Assembly: GCA_050294405.1 (NCBI GenBank)
Contig: JBNKOC010000012.1
Coordinates: 32,001 to 96,000 of the forward strand
Source of the DNA: Fibrobacteria bacterium
GTDB lineage: Bacteria > Fibrobacterota > Fibrobacteria > UBA11236 > JADFYW01
Reading direction: 5' to 3'
DNA: 64,000 nucleotides
The stretch's first letter is position 1. Each line of letters starts with the position of its first letter. Shown piece after piece: positions 39,582-48,688 of the stretch. Below the pieces are notes generated by a model. It saw only the letters and a program-made list of their open reading frames with translations, was not told the DNA's origin and ran no database searches. Both the position numbers and the translations under genes were made by a program.

Positions 39582-40805
39582 TTATTCAATTAAACCCTGG
39601 GCGCGCTTTATACTCAGGGTTTTTTCGTTTCGGCGCAATTGTTGTTGATGCCTGCGTTTTGCGCCTTCAAGCCATTTATCCCTGCTGGAGTATTCGGGGT
39701 GGGGTAGCATCCTATAGTCCAGCCCTTTCTCAAGGTTTCGATGGGCCACATAGTCTTCGGGGCCCACAAAGGTAAAACATTGGGCTGTAGTTTGGAGACG
39801 ACCTGAACGGCCTACCCTGTGGGTGTAGTCTTCAGCGGTTGGAGGGATATCGTAATTGATAATGGTATCCACAGATAAAGTGTCCAGACCCCGGGAAGCT
39901 AAATCTGTGGCCACTAATATGGGGAATTTTTTTTCCATAAACATCTGGTATACTTTATCCCTGTCTTTTTGGCTTAGCTTTCGGTGAAAGACCTTGGATT
40001 TGTAGCCGTTTAACTTTAAGCTGCCCTGAAGGTGGTTGGCCTTTTCCACGTTGCCCACAAAAATAATGGTTTGGTTTTGGCTGGCTTCTAAGAACTTCTG
40101 GCACAGCCGAAATTTTGTTTTCGGGCTTTTCAAGTAACAAAAATATTCGCTACGGGAATTGATGTTATCACCCTGTTCTGGCTTTAAAATTGGAATTTTA
40201 TGGAAGAAATATTCGTAGTTAATTTCTTTCGGGGCCGTAGCGGAAAAGCCTTGGATTAACAACTTTGCGGGTAAAAATTTTTTTAATTCCAAAAGCTGCT
40301 CTTTGAATCCCAATTTTAAAAGTTTGTCGTATTCATCCAAAATGATCTTGGAACAATTTTTAAAAACCCCGCCGTTATTTTGGCATAGTTCCAGAATTCT
40401 ACCGGGAGTTCCAATATGTATCTGAGTGTTTTTGGAAGCTGCTTGCGATTCCTTTTCTTTCCGACCCCCAATATGCAGGTGCAACTGGGGAAAATCCAAT
40501 TTATTTCCCTTTTCATGTATACCCCACAGGGCCTGGGCCATTTTTGAGACCTGGTAAGCGAGCTCTCGGGTGGGGACCAAAATCAGCTGGGTACTTTTTT
40601 TCTGCAGGCTGGACTCAAAAATGGGCAATAGGTAGGCCAGGGTTTTTCCACTTCCCGTAGGAGCCACCACAAAAATAGATTGGCCCATTAACAAAGATTT
40701 TAGACAGCTTTCCTGGGTTAGAGTAGGCTTCTTGAATTGTAATTGCTTGAGTCGATTATGGGCTGATTTGGACAGGCCATAGCTGGACCAAGGGTCTTTA
40801 GACAT
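39582..40805 (-). CDS. DEAD-box RNA helicase (DEYD variant)
   Basis: APTGSGKT, PTRELA, TPGR, DEYD, SAT, RGLD and HRVGRSGR motifs. Confidence 0.92.
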   Translation of the reverse strand: MSKDPWSSYGLSKSAHNRLKQLQFKKPTLTQESCLKSLLMGQSIFVVAPTGSGKTLAYLLPIFESSLQKKSTQLILVPTRELAYQVSKMAQALWGIHEKGNKLDFPQLHLHIGGRKEKESQAASKNTQIHIGTPGRILELCQNNGGVFKNCSKIILDEYDKLLKLGFKEQLLELKKFLPAKLLIQGFSATAPKEINYEYFFHKIPILKPEQGDNINSRSEYFCYLKSPKTKFRLCQKFLEASQNQTIIFVGNVEKANHLQGSLKLNGYKSKVFHRKLSQKDRDKVYQMFMEKKFPILVATDLASRGLDTLSVDTIINYDIPPTAEDYTHRVGRSGRLQTTAQCFTFVGPEDYVAHRNLEKGLDYRMLPHPEYSSRDKWLEGAKRRHQQQLRRNEKTLSIKRAQGLIE

Positions 40806-40820
40806 AACTAAAGGGCACCT

Positions 40821-41867
40821 CTAAAAATGATGGTGGTATTTTTTGGCTCGTTCAAACAGCTCGGTGCAATCCTCAATGATTTTACCCACAGTTTCGGGGG
40901 TCACTGCTTGCTTGGGATCATCCCCGATGCCCCTTTTAGGTTGGCAATGAGATTCAATTAAAAGGCCATCGGCCCCATAGCCAATAGCTGCCAGGCAGGC
41001 ATTGGGAACATAAACGGATTTTCCCACACTATGGGAGGGGTCCACCACCACGGGAGCCCAGGTTCTTTCTTTTAAAAGGACGGTTATACTCTCGTCCGGA
41101 AAATTTCTAAAACCTTCAATGGATGGAAAAGTTCCCCGGGGGCTTAAAATAACATTGGGATTGCCCTGGGCCACAATGTATTCGGCCGCCAGGATAAATT
41201 CATTCACCGGCCCTGCATGGATGCTTCTTTTTAAGATAATGTTAGTGGCTGTCCCTTGAGTGGCTTGGCCAGCCTGCTGCAGAAGTTTGTAATTAAGGGC
41301 ATTGCGTGCTCCAATTTGCAGGCAGTCAATTCCGGCTTCCACGCAAATTTGGATTTGTTCCATGTCCATAACTTCGGTATTTACCGGAAGCCCGGTTTGG
41401 CTGCGGGCTTCCAATAGTATTTCAATGCTTTTGTTTTGCCCCTGAAAGCTATAAGGAGAAGTGCGAGGTTTCCAGGCGCCTCCACGCAACATATCTACAC
41501 CCTGCTCTTTTAAGGCGTGAGCGCTTTCTAAAAAAAGATTTTTTTCGTTGGGGTCGATGGTGCAGTGGCCGGCGATTATGGCCAGTTCCTTTCCCAGAGT
41601 TTTTTTGCCGATTTTAATTTCGTGATGAGAAAGATTGTTGTCTTTGGCTAAAAGTTTGTAGGGTACCTGAATGGTATCCACTCTGTCTATATAGGGAAGC
41701 CCCTCAATTCGCTTAATCAGAAGAGGAGAACGTTCGTCGCCAATAATAGCGTAAATGGTGCGGGCATGGCCCACAATGGGTTGCAATTTAACACCAAATT
41801 CATCGGCTGTAGCAAAAAGTTCCTGACTTTGTTCTTCTGTAAGTCGATTTGGAATAGGGATAATCAT
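40821..41867 (-). CDS. aroF: DAHP synthase type I-beta with N-terminal regulatory domain
   Basis: RGGAWKPRTSPYSFQG, QIGARN, VDPSH and GADGLLIESH motifs. Confidence 0.85.
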   Translation of the reverse strand: MIIPIPNRLTEEQSQELFATADEFGVKLQPIVGHARTIYAIIGDERSPLLIKRIEGLPYIDRVDTIQVPYKLLAKDNNLSHHEIKIGKKTLGKELAIIAGHCTIDPNEKNLFLESAHALKEQGVDMLRGGAWKPRTSPYSFQGQNKSIEILLEARSQTGLPVNTEVMDMEQIQICVEAGIDCLQIGARNALNYKLLQQAGQATQGTATNIILKRSIHAGPVNEFILAAEYIVAQGNPNVILSPRGTFPSIEGFRNFPDESITVLLKERTWAPVVVDPSHSVGKSVYVPNACLAAIGYGADGLLIESHCQPKRGIGDDPKQAVTPETVGKIIEDCTELFERAKKYHHHF

Positions 41868-41953
41868 AATTTCTTCCGATTTTTATGTACCAACAATATA
41901 TTGAGTAAAGATATTAATATGGAATCCATATAAAAGCCTTGCTAAAATAATTT

Positions 41954-43621
41954 ATGGCAAATTTAAGGCAACAGTTACTTAAAATCCAAAAGCGCAATTA
42001 CGAGCGTAATTTGCAGCTGGTGCAGGAGAGTTTAGGCCATAATGCCCGTGTGAAAAAGTATGAGGCGGAGTATCAAAAGTACCTGCGCCGCTATTTGGAG
42101 ATATCTTCAAAATCAGAACTGATTCGGCAAATATTGCAAAGCGATGTGGTGTTTCACGGAGATTACCACACTTTGGGACAATCCCAGCGTTCCATTTTGC
42201 GGGTATTAAGGGAAGTAGCAGATAAAAGAGAATTGCTTTTGGCCATGGAAATGATTCACGGTGAGGATCAGGCCTCGCTGGACAAATATATGGCGGGAAA
42301 GCTCAGTGAAAAAAAGTTTTTAGAGCAAATCTCTTATCAGGAAAAGTGGCCGTTCCCCTGGGAGCATTTTAAGCCTATTCTGGATTTTTGCCGACTGAAT
42401 AAAATCAGAGTGGTGGGGATTAATTGCTCAACGGGAGAAAATGCCCAGAGTTTGCCGGAGCGGGACTTGTTTGCTGCCCAGGTTATCGCCAGGGAAATGA
42501 TAAAATACGACCAACATTTAATCTATGTTGTGGATGGGGATTTTCATATATCTCCCAACCATTTGCCCCGGCAACTGGATAAATTATGCAAACATATGGG
42601 GATGGAATATTCCCGTACTATCGTCTATCAAAATGCAGAAAATCTGTATTGGAGTTTGTGCCGGCAAGGGCTGGAAGAGTCCCATGTACTCAGAATTGAT
42701 GGCGAAAGCTTTTGCATTATGAACACTATGCCTGCCAATAAAATTCAGTCTTATTTAAACTGGCTGGAATATTCCGAGGAAGCATATTACCCTGTGACTC
42801 AGGAATGGGATGATGAGGCCTACGAAGGCCAGGGGCTTACCATAGAAAAAATGGTGGAAATAATTTGCCAGCTTTTGAAAATCGATTTAAATCCGGAGAT
42901 TTTTTCTCAATTGGAAATTTATTACGCAGCTAACCTGGACTTTATGGACGTAGTCTATGATATTCCTGAATTACACGCCTATATCCCAGATATTAAGAAC
43001 AAAATGAAGCGGGAAGAAGGCTTTTTGCTGGACTATTTTTCCGGCACCACCCGTAAGTTTTTAATATACCTGCCCAACACTAACATTAACATGGCCAGTG
43101 AGGAAGCCATGCATTTTATCAATGTGGCCATGAGGGGGCCCTTGAAATATGAACTTCCTCCTTTTGACCAATTTTACCGGGTTGCGGTCACCGAATGCCT
43201 GGGTTTTTTTGGCAGCAAGTTGATTAACGAAAAGCGCAAGGCCCAGACAGAGGCTTCTCTAAAAAAAATAATCGGCAATTTGGATGAGCAGGAAAACCTA
43301 AGTGAAGATAAAAAGGAAATGAAAGCCATTGCCAGAGGAATGTTAGGACAACTCCACAGCCTACGGGATAAAAAAAGCATGCTTTCTTTTAAAAGCAAGT
43401 TTAGGGCAGATGTGGAATCCAAATACTCGGTGATGTTAGCGACTCAGTTGGGTTATGTATTGGGAAATAAATTGTATTACGCTGTGAAACGGGAAAAGGT
43501 TCCCTTAGATTACATCCACTCCTGGATGTCAAGCCCTTTGGATTTGCCAGGTGACAGTTTTAAATGTTTTGCGGAAATTTACGAATCCGTTAAAAAAATA
43601 GCCCGTATTGTGCAGGACTAA
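41954..43621 (+). CDS. ChaN-like domain protein with a long C-terminal extension
   Basis: VVFHGDYH, LAMEM, WEHFKPI, ERDLFAA and GDFH motifs; no signal peptide. Confidence 0.65.
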   Translation: MANLRQQLLKIQKRNYERNLQLVQESLGHNARVKKYEAEYQKYLRRYLEISSKSELIRQILQSDVVFHGDYHTLGQSQRSILRVLREVADKRELLLAMEMIHGEDQASLDKYMAGKLSEKKFLEQISYQEKWPFPWEHFKPILDFCRLNKIRVVGINCSTGENAQSLPERDLFAAQVIAREMIKYDQHLIYVVDGDFHISPNHLPRQLDKLCKHMGMEYSRTIVYQNAENLYWSLCRQGLEESHVLRIDGESFCIMNTMPANKIQSYLNWLEYSEEAYYPVTQEWDDEAYEGQGLTIEKMVEIICQLLKIDLNPEIFSQLEIYYAANLDFMDVVYDIPELHAYIPDIKNKMKREEGFLLDYFSGTTRKFLIYLPNTNINMASEEAMHFINVAMRGPLKYELPPFDQFYRVAVTECLGFFGSKLINEKRKAQTEASLKKIIGNLDEQENLSEDKKEMKAIARGMLGQLHSLRDKKSMLSFKSKFRADVESKYSVMLATQLGYVLGNKLYYAVKREKVPLDYIHSWMSSPLDLPGDSFKCFAEIYESVKKIARIVQD

Positions 43622-43631
43622 TCATTAAGAC

Positions 43632-44363
43632 CTATGCATAATGGCTGGCGCTTTGCATGGTTTTCCCATCTAATATAATGGAACGCCAACCCGCCAAATA
43701 ACTTTCAATCTGAAATTTGCTTTCAAATTGGTTTATCTGATAGGCTGAAGAAGGGCAGATATGTATTCCAATACTCTTGTGAAAGGCGCTTTTTTCAGTA
43801 TGGTAATGCCCGCAAAATACATGTTTTAAATTGGGAACAGATTCTAGCGCCTTTAAACTTTGGGGAATATTCTTAAGGGGGTAATTGGAATCCATAAACT
43901 GACAGCCCATTTTTAAAGGAGGGTGGTGCATAAATAGGATGTTGTATGTTTTGCTTATTTTAAGGTCAGACAACCACTCCATTTGATTTTTGGGTAACAC
44001 ATTGTCTGTAGTGTCTAAAAATATAAGGTTATATCCAGATGTTTTTAAATTGTAAAACCATTGTTTGGCTTTTTTCGGCCTGAATTCCCCTAGAAATTTA
44101 TCCATATTTTCCGGTATGTCGTGGTTCCCGGGAATCAAATATGTTTTAAAGGGGAGTTTAACAAGTTGGTTTTTTACCCATTTATAAGCACCGGGCTCTC
44201 CATACTCCGCCGCTAAATCACCGCTTATAATCATAATATCTGGGTTAAACTTTTTTATTTGTCCCAAGGCTCTTAAAAAATTTGGGCGCACTTTGAGACC
44301 GCGGTAGGGCTCTGCAGTCGCGCTTATATGAATATCCGAAATTTGAGCTATTTTAAGTTTCAT
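43632..44363 (-). CDS. Metallophosphoesterase, CpdA/Icc-like
   Basis: SDIH, SGDL, PGNHD, HHPP and CGHYH motifs. Confidence 0.88.
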   Translation of the reverse strand: MKLKIAQISDIHISATAEPYRGLKVRPNFLRALGQIKKFNPDIMIISGDLAAEYGEPGAYKWVKNQLVKLPFKTYLIPGNHDIPENMDKFLGEFRPKKAKQWFYNLKTSGYNLIFLDTTDNVLPKNQMEWLSDLKISKTYNILFMHHPPLKMGCQFMDSNYPLKNIPQSLKALESVPNLKHVFCGHYHTEKSAFHKSIGIHICPSSAYQINQFESKFQIESYLAGWRSIILDGKTMQSASHYA

Positions 44364-44551
44364 AATAAAGGATTGCGTTCCTAATTGTCTTAAAATTTAA
44401 AGCTGATTTAAATTTAAATTTAACCCAAATTTCTAAAATATCTATAGCTTGCGCCCCGTATTCAGCAATTTTTTAAAATTGTGTCCCTTGTAAATTTGAA
44501 TTTGGCCTTATATTGAGGGATAATTAGTTAGTCCGGCATTTTTGCGTTAAT

Positions 44552-44935
44552 ATGAACAAAAAACTTGTACTAGTCATCGAAGACCAACCTTCTATCCGGG
44601 AAATGATAGTGGATTCTCTGGAAGTTTTGGGCTATTCCACTTTGGAAGCCAAGGGAATGGAATCTGCTTTAAAAATAGCCCAGGCCCACAAAGGCAGTAT
44701 ACAAACAGTGATATGTGATATGATACTTGGTTTTCACAGAGGTACAGAAATTGTATCTGAACTTAAAAAATGCATTCCCCATTTTGCAGTTATCTATATG
44801 AGTGGGTACAGAAAAGAAGACTTAATGTCTAAAACCTCAGAGGAAGAAAATGAAATATTTCTTTCCAAGCCCTTTAGTATCGAAACCCTGGAAAAGGCTA
44901 TGGCTAAGGCCAGGCAGGCTGTAAAAATTATATGA
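44552..44935 (+). CDS. Single-domain response regulator (receiver)
   Basis: LVIEDQ, phospho-Asp in ICDMIL, YMSGY, SKPF. Confidence 0.9.
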   Translation: MNKKLVLVIEDQPSIREMIVDSLEVLGYSTLEAKGMESALKIAQAHKGSIQTVICDMILGFHRGTEIVSELKKCIPHFAVIYMSGYRKEDLMSKTSEEENEIFLSKPFSIETLEKAMAKARQAVKII

Positions 44936-44936
44936 A

Positions 44937-45740
44937 TTAAAATTCAAGGGTTATTTCGTATCCGGTATATTTGCGGATGTTAATAACCCCAGTGTCAAAA
45001 ATCAGATACTGCCCTTTTATTCCCATTAGGCTTCCCTCGGCAATTGGTTTTTTATCCAAATTAAAAGAGGAAATTTTAGTGGGGTATTCTAAAACAGGGT
45101 AGTTGAATTCAAATATGTTATTTCCATCTTCCGAATTAGCAATACTCCCGGCCAATTCCGAAGGCCAATGCTTTAGCAATTCCTGTTTTAGTTGGCGGAG
45201 ATCTAACTCAGGCTGGGCATTTTGCAACATTTTACGCCAATTGGTTTTATCTGCCACTTGGGACTTCAGGGATGTTTCTATTTCGCCGGAAATTTTCCGG
45301 TTAGGCACCACTCCTAACACTATGGCCTGGCTGGCTCCCTGGTCCACCCAGCGGGTTTTTTGCTGGTGGCTACGGGTTATGCCCACTTTTGGCCCTGATG
45401 AATTGGCTAAATACACTGTATGGGGAATCATGCAGTGTTTTTCTCCCCATTCAGGCTCCCGGCAAGTCCCGTTAAAATAATGGCACAACTCCGGTTTTAA
45501 AATACACATATCGCAAGCCGCTAATTTTTGAGAACAGGGAAAGCAATAACCCTGATTAAAAGATTTTTTTATGGGCCTTTGGCAGTGGATGCAGCTAATT
45601 TTACCGGCAAACTCCAGCTTTAGTTTTTTGCCCAGCAAGGGATTTAAGGGCATCTTGGATTCTCCGCTAACCCATTGGTATTCCACCTGGCTTTCCCCGT
45701 TTGTATGCATTTTTTTGACTACGCCGCTTAGGGTTTCCAT
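44937..45740 (-). CDS. DUF2797 family protein
   Basis: CIHC, QGYCFPC, CHY..GTCREPEWG, KVGITR, RWVDQGA and GIKGQYL motifs. Confidence 0.88.
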   Translation of the reverse strand: METLSGVVKKMHTNGESQVEYQWVSGESKMPLNPLLGKKLKLEFAGKISCIHCQRPIKKSFNQGYCFPCSQKLAACDMCILKPELCHYFNGTCREPEWGEKHCMIPHTVYLANSSGPKVGITRSHQQKTRWVDQGASQAIVLGVVPNRKISGEIETSLKSQVADKTNWRKMLQNAQPELDLRQLKQELLKHWPSELAGSIANSEDGNNIFEFNYPVLEYPTKISSFNLDKKPIAEGSLMGIKGQYLIFDTGVINIRKYTGYEITLEF

Positions 45741-45822
45741 TTGTATTCCTTTACTTTTATTCTTCTCTCAATTTGGTAAATTATCATAAAATTTTTTGAT
45801 TATCTAATAATAGGAAAAACCC

Positions 45823-46176
45823 ATGATAAGCTTTTACGGATATAAAAATTGTGGCACTTGTAAGAAGGCGGAAAAGTGGCTTCAGGCAAAGGGATTGGAT
45901 TACAAGTTTATAGATATTACTCAGGAACCGCCAGAAGCTAAAAAATTGCAAAAAATTTTATCCCAAAGCCAAAAACCCATGAACAAATGGTTTAACACAA
46001 GCGGGCAGGTTTATCGGGAACAAAAAATTAAAGACAAGCTGCCAAAATTAAACGAGGCTGAATCGGTAAAATTGCTGGCGGCTAATGGGAAACTTATTAA
46101 ACGCCCCCTGGTCACAGATGGCAAAACATCCACTGTTGGCTTTTCTGAAGATGAGTTTCAATCCTGCTGGAAGTAA
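45823..46176 (+). CDS. ArsC/Spx/MgsR family protein
   Basis: CGTCKKA, FNTSG and LIKRP motifs. Confidence 0.9.
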   Translation: MISFYGYKNCGTCKKAEKWLQAKGLDYKFIDITQEPPEAKKLQKILSQSQKPMNKWFNTSGQVYREQKIKDKLPKLNEAESVKLLAANGKLIKRPLVTDGKTSTVGFSEDEFQSCWK

Positions 46177-46188
46177 TTTTTATTATTC

Positions 46189-46232
46189 ACCAGCTTTTTG
46201 TAAAAAAGTTCCAAAAAAGCTGGTTTTTTTTC
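46189..46232 (+). terminator. Probable intrinsic terminator after the ArsC-family gene
   Basis: ACCAGCTTTTTG...CAAAAAAGCTGGT followed by a T-run. Confidence 0.65.
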
Positions 46233-46269
46233 AGAATCTTGTATTTTATCCAAAAAATATGAGTGGATT

Positions 46270-46830
46270 ATGAGATTAGCAAAAGTTACCCGAATTATTA
46301 CGACCCTTTTTCTTTTTGGCTGTTTTGGTACGCAGGTTATGGCTCAATCAGCCCAGGACGATAACAGTATTCCCGATTTTGAAAAGGACTCCACAAAAAA
46401 AAGGCGATACATAGATTTTGGTTTAGAGTTGCCCCCGGTTTCAAATCCGGATATGTTATTCTCTCACTTTGCCAATCGCAAGTTACTGATTTTTTTCTTT
46501 TCGGCAAAATGCGTCCATTGCCAAAGGGCATTTCCCCATGTACAAAAGCTGGCAAAAAAATTGGAAGCCCAGGGCGTCTCTTCCATTGGAATAGCCATTA
46601 AAAACAATTCGGAAAGCGATATAAGGCAATTTATTAGGCAGTTTAATTGCGATATTCCAGTCTTTCACGATTCCGAGAGAAAATTTTCAAATCCCTATGG
46701 CACGGGTTCCATACCACTGATTCTCGCCGTGAATGATAGGGCTGAATACATCCGTTTCCGCCATTTTAAAGAAGATGTTACTCCAGGTCTTATTGAAGAA
46801 TTGTTTGCCTCTGGTCGAATAGACAAATAA
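46270..46830 (+). CDS. Exported TlpA/redoxin-family thioredoxin-fold protein
   Basis: Signal peptide, CVHC motif, GSIP. Confidence 0.78.
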   Translation: MRLAKVTRIITTLFLFGCFGTQVMAQSAQDDNSIPDFEKDSTKKRRYIDFGLELPPVSNPDMLFSHFANRKLLIFFFSAKCVHCQRAFPHVQKLAKKLEAQGVSSIGIAIKNNSESDIRQFIRQFNCDIPVFHDSERKFSNPYGTGSIPLILAVNDRAEYIRFRHFKEDVTPGLIEELFASGRIDK

Positions 46831-46837
46831 CTTTTGT

Positions 46838-47845
46838 TTGCCAGTTTTTAACTCCCAATTTAAAGCCAAGGTGAAGCTGCCCAAAAACCAGCCGATGGCT
46901 TTTTTGGAATACTTATCCCTTCGTTTTACCTATAAAACCAGGGAGGAATGGGAAAAGCTAATTGAGGAAAAGCTGGCTTTTGTGGAGGGAAAAACCTCCT
47001 CACCCCATAGCCTTATCCATAATGAGGATGTTATTTGTTTTAAGGTGGTGGATTATCAGGAACCAGAGGTACCCACAGATATAAAGCTTTTGGCCAGGGA
47101 AAAAGATTTATGGGTGTATCACAAGCCAATGGGACTTCCCGTTCACAAAACCGGTCGCGTTTTTTTTAACACCATGGTTAACTTGGTCCGGGAGAAAACC
47201 TCCAATCCGGGATTAAGCCCTATACATCGCCTGGATCAGGAAACAGGCGGCCTGGTTTTTTTCCAAAATGAAGCTGGGAGCAAGATAAAAAAAATAAAAA
47301 TTCATAAATGGTACATGGCTTATGTATGGGGGAGGCCAGAAAAAGAAGAGGGGTACATCGAATTTCCCCTGGATACTTTGGAGGATTCGGCCATCCGTTG
47401 CCAAATGCACCATGTTTCTTTGGGAAAACCCAGTACGACCTATTACCAATTATTGGAAAGCGATGGAAAAAATTCATGTATATTGGCTTTTCCTGTGACA
47501 GGGCGCAAGCATCAGATTAGAGCCCACTTGTCATTGATGGGATGCCCAATTGTGGGAGATAAAATTTATTCTGAACAGGGAAAGTTTTTTTTAGAGCGTT
47601 TAAAGAGGGAGCTTACAGAATTGGATTATGAAGCTTTGGGGGCCGAGCAGCACCAGCTCTTTTGTTTTGGAGCTTTGGCCAATGGGGAAGGCAAGCAACA
47701 TAATATTTGGCTGGACAAAAATTTGCAAGGCCTTTTACAAAAACCCAAGGCGGTACTTGAGGAATTTATGAATAACATGGCCCCGAATTTTCTTTTGGAA
47801 AAAACCAGGGATATTATTGGGGGGATTGGGGCAAGTACTTTTTAA
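46838..47845 (+). CDS. RluA-family pseudouridine synthase
   Basis: HKPMGLPVH, HRLDQETGG, TGRKHQIRAH and PIVGDKIY motifs. Confidence 0.92.
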   Translation: MPVFNSQFKAKVKLPKNQPMAFLEYLSLRFTYKTREEWEKLIEEKLAFVEGKTSSPHSLIHNEDVICFKVVDYQEPEVPTDIKLLAREKDLWVYHKPMGLPVHKTGRVFFNTMVNLVREKTSNPGLSPIHRLDQETGGLVFFQNEAGSKIKKIKIHKWYMAYVWGRPEKEEGYIEFPLDTLEDSAIRCQMHHVSLGKPSTTYYQLLESDGKNSCILAFPVTGRKHQIRAHLSLMGCPIVGDKIYSEQGKFFLERLKRELTELDYEALGAEQHQLFCFGALANGEGKQHNIWLDKNLQGLLQKPKAVLEEFMNNMAPNFLLEKTRDIIGGIGASTF

Positions 47846-48539
47846 TTTCGAACTTGCCCGCTGACATTTCCACGTAATGCATATTAAAAAACCAGTCTCC
47901 GATGTTTATGTGCAATCCATTGGGGTGTTCTTCCAAAAAACTCCAGTGCGTGTGGCCGTGCATCACCACATCAAAATCCTGAAGGAGTGATAGGGCTTTT
48001 TCCTTGTATTCTGGTTTTTTATTTTCCCGGGGCACTTGCCTGGAAGTGTGCCCCACCCACTTGGCCAGAGCCATTCCCCCATCGGGATGGATGAGTTTAA
48101 AAGCAAAATTGGAGAAGGGGTGGCGGATAATCCTTTTCATTATCCGGTATTTCCAGTCTGTTTTTGCCATGCCGTCCCCATGGTGCAAATACAAATTTTT
48201 GCCCTGCAAATTTACGATAAATTCGTTTTGGTGCTGATGTATATTGAGGTGCTGTTTAAAAAAGCTTCCCAAATTAAAATCGTGGTTGCCCGCCAGATAA
48301 TGTATTTCCACCCCTTGTTGGGCAGCTTGATTGAGTGCGCTTAAAACCTGGAAGTGTTCTTTGGGAATGTAATATTTGTACTCCATCCAGAATTCAAACA
48401 AATCTCCCAGTATAAACAAATGGCTGGCCCTAATTGCTTCCTCACGCAAAAAATCGCAAAAGTGCTTTTCTCTCTGGGGTATGGCAGATGGGGCATTTGC
48501 ACCAAAATGCAGGTCAGATACAAAAAGGGCTTTTTCCAT
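47814..48539 (-). CDS. lpxH: UDP-2,3-diacylglucosamine diphosphatase-like metallophosphoesterase
   Basis: SDLH, LGDLFEFW, GNHDF, HGDG, GHTH and GDW motifs; start reassigned to ATG 48539 (MEKALFVSDLH). Confidence 0.82.
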   Translation of the reverse strand: MEKALFVSDLHFGANAPSAIPQREKHFCDFLREEAIRASHLFILGDLFEFWMEYKYYIPKEHFQVLSALNQAAQQGVEIHYLAGNHDFNLGSFFKQHLNIHQHQNEFIVNLQGKNLYLHHGDGMAKTDWKYRIMKRIIRHPFSNFAFKLIHPDGGMALAKWVGHTSRQVPRENKKPEYKEKALSLLQDFDVVMHGHTHWSFLEEHPNGLHINIGDWFFNMHYVEMSAGKFEIKKYLPQSPQ

Positions 48540-48567
48540 GTTAAACAATGTAATTAAAGCAGCCGGT

Positions 48568-48590
48568 AAAAATAGGGCGTCGCGTTGCCC
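48568..48590 (-). terminator. Small hairpin plus T-rich tract, possible terminator after the FliG/MotA-like gene
   Basis: Minus strand GGGC-AACGCGAC-GCCC-TATTTTT. Confidence 0.45.
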
Positions 48591-48688
48591 CTTCAAGCTC
48601 GACAAGTATCTACATCCAGGCTTCTCGGTTCCTCTTCACGCGTCTCGTCTTAAGTTGCGATCCTCAATTTTTAAGAAATTCCTGTGTA

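Noticed and set aside
45823..46176. ArsC-family gene as part of an arsenic system with arsS
   Set aside because: It is ~17 kb away, has the CxxC Spx/MgsR/YffB-like pattern, and has no ars neighbours.
48540..48605. Track's extended N-terminus for lpxH (similar extensions at 49906, 52490 and 54280)
   Set aside because: Downstream ATGs fit domain starts, signal peptides or RBS better, so the extensions are probably non-coding.
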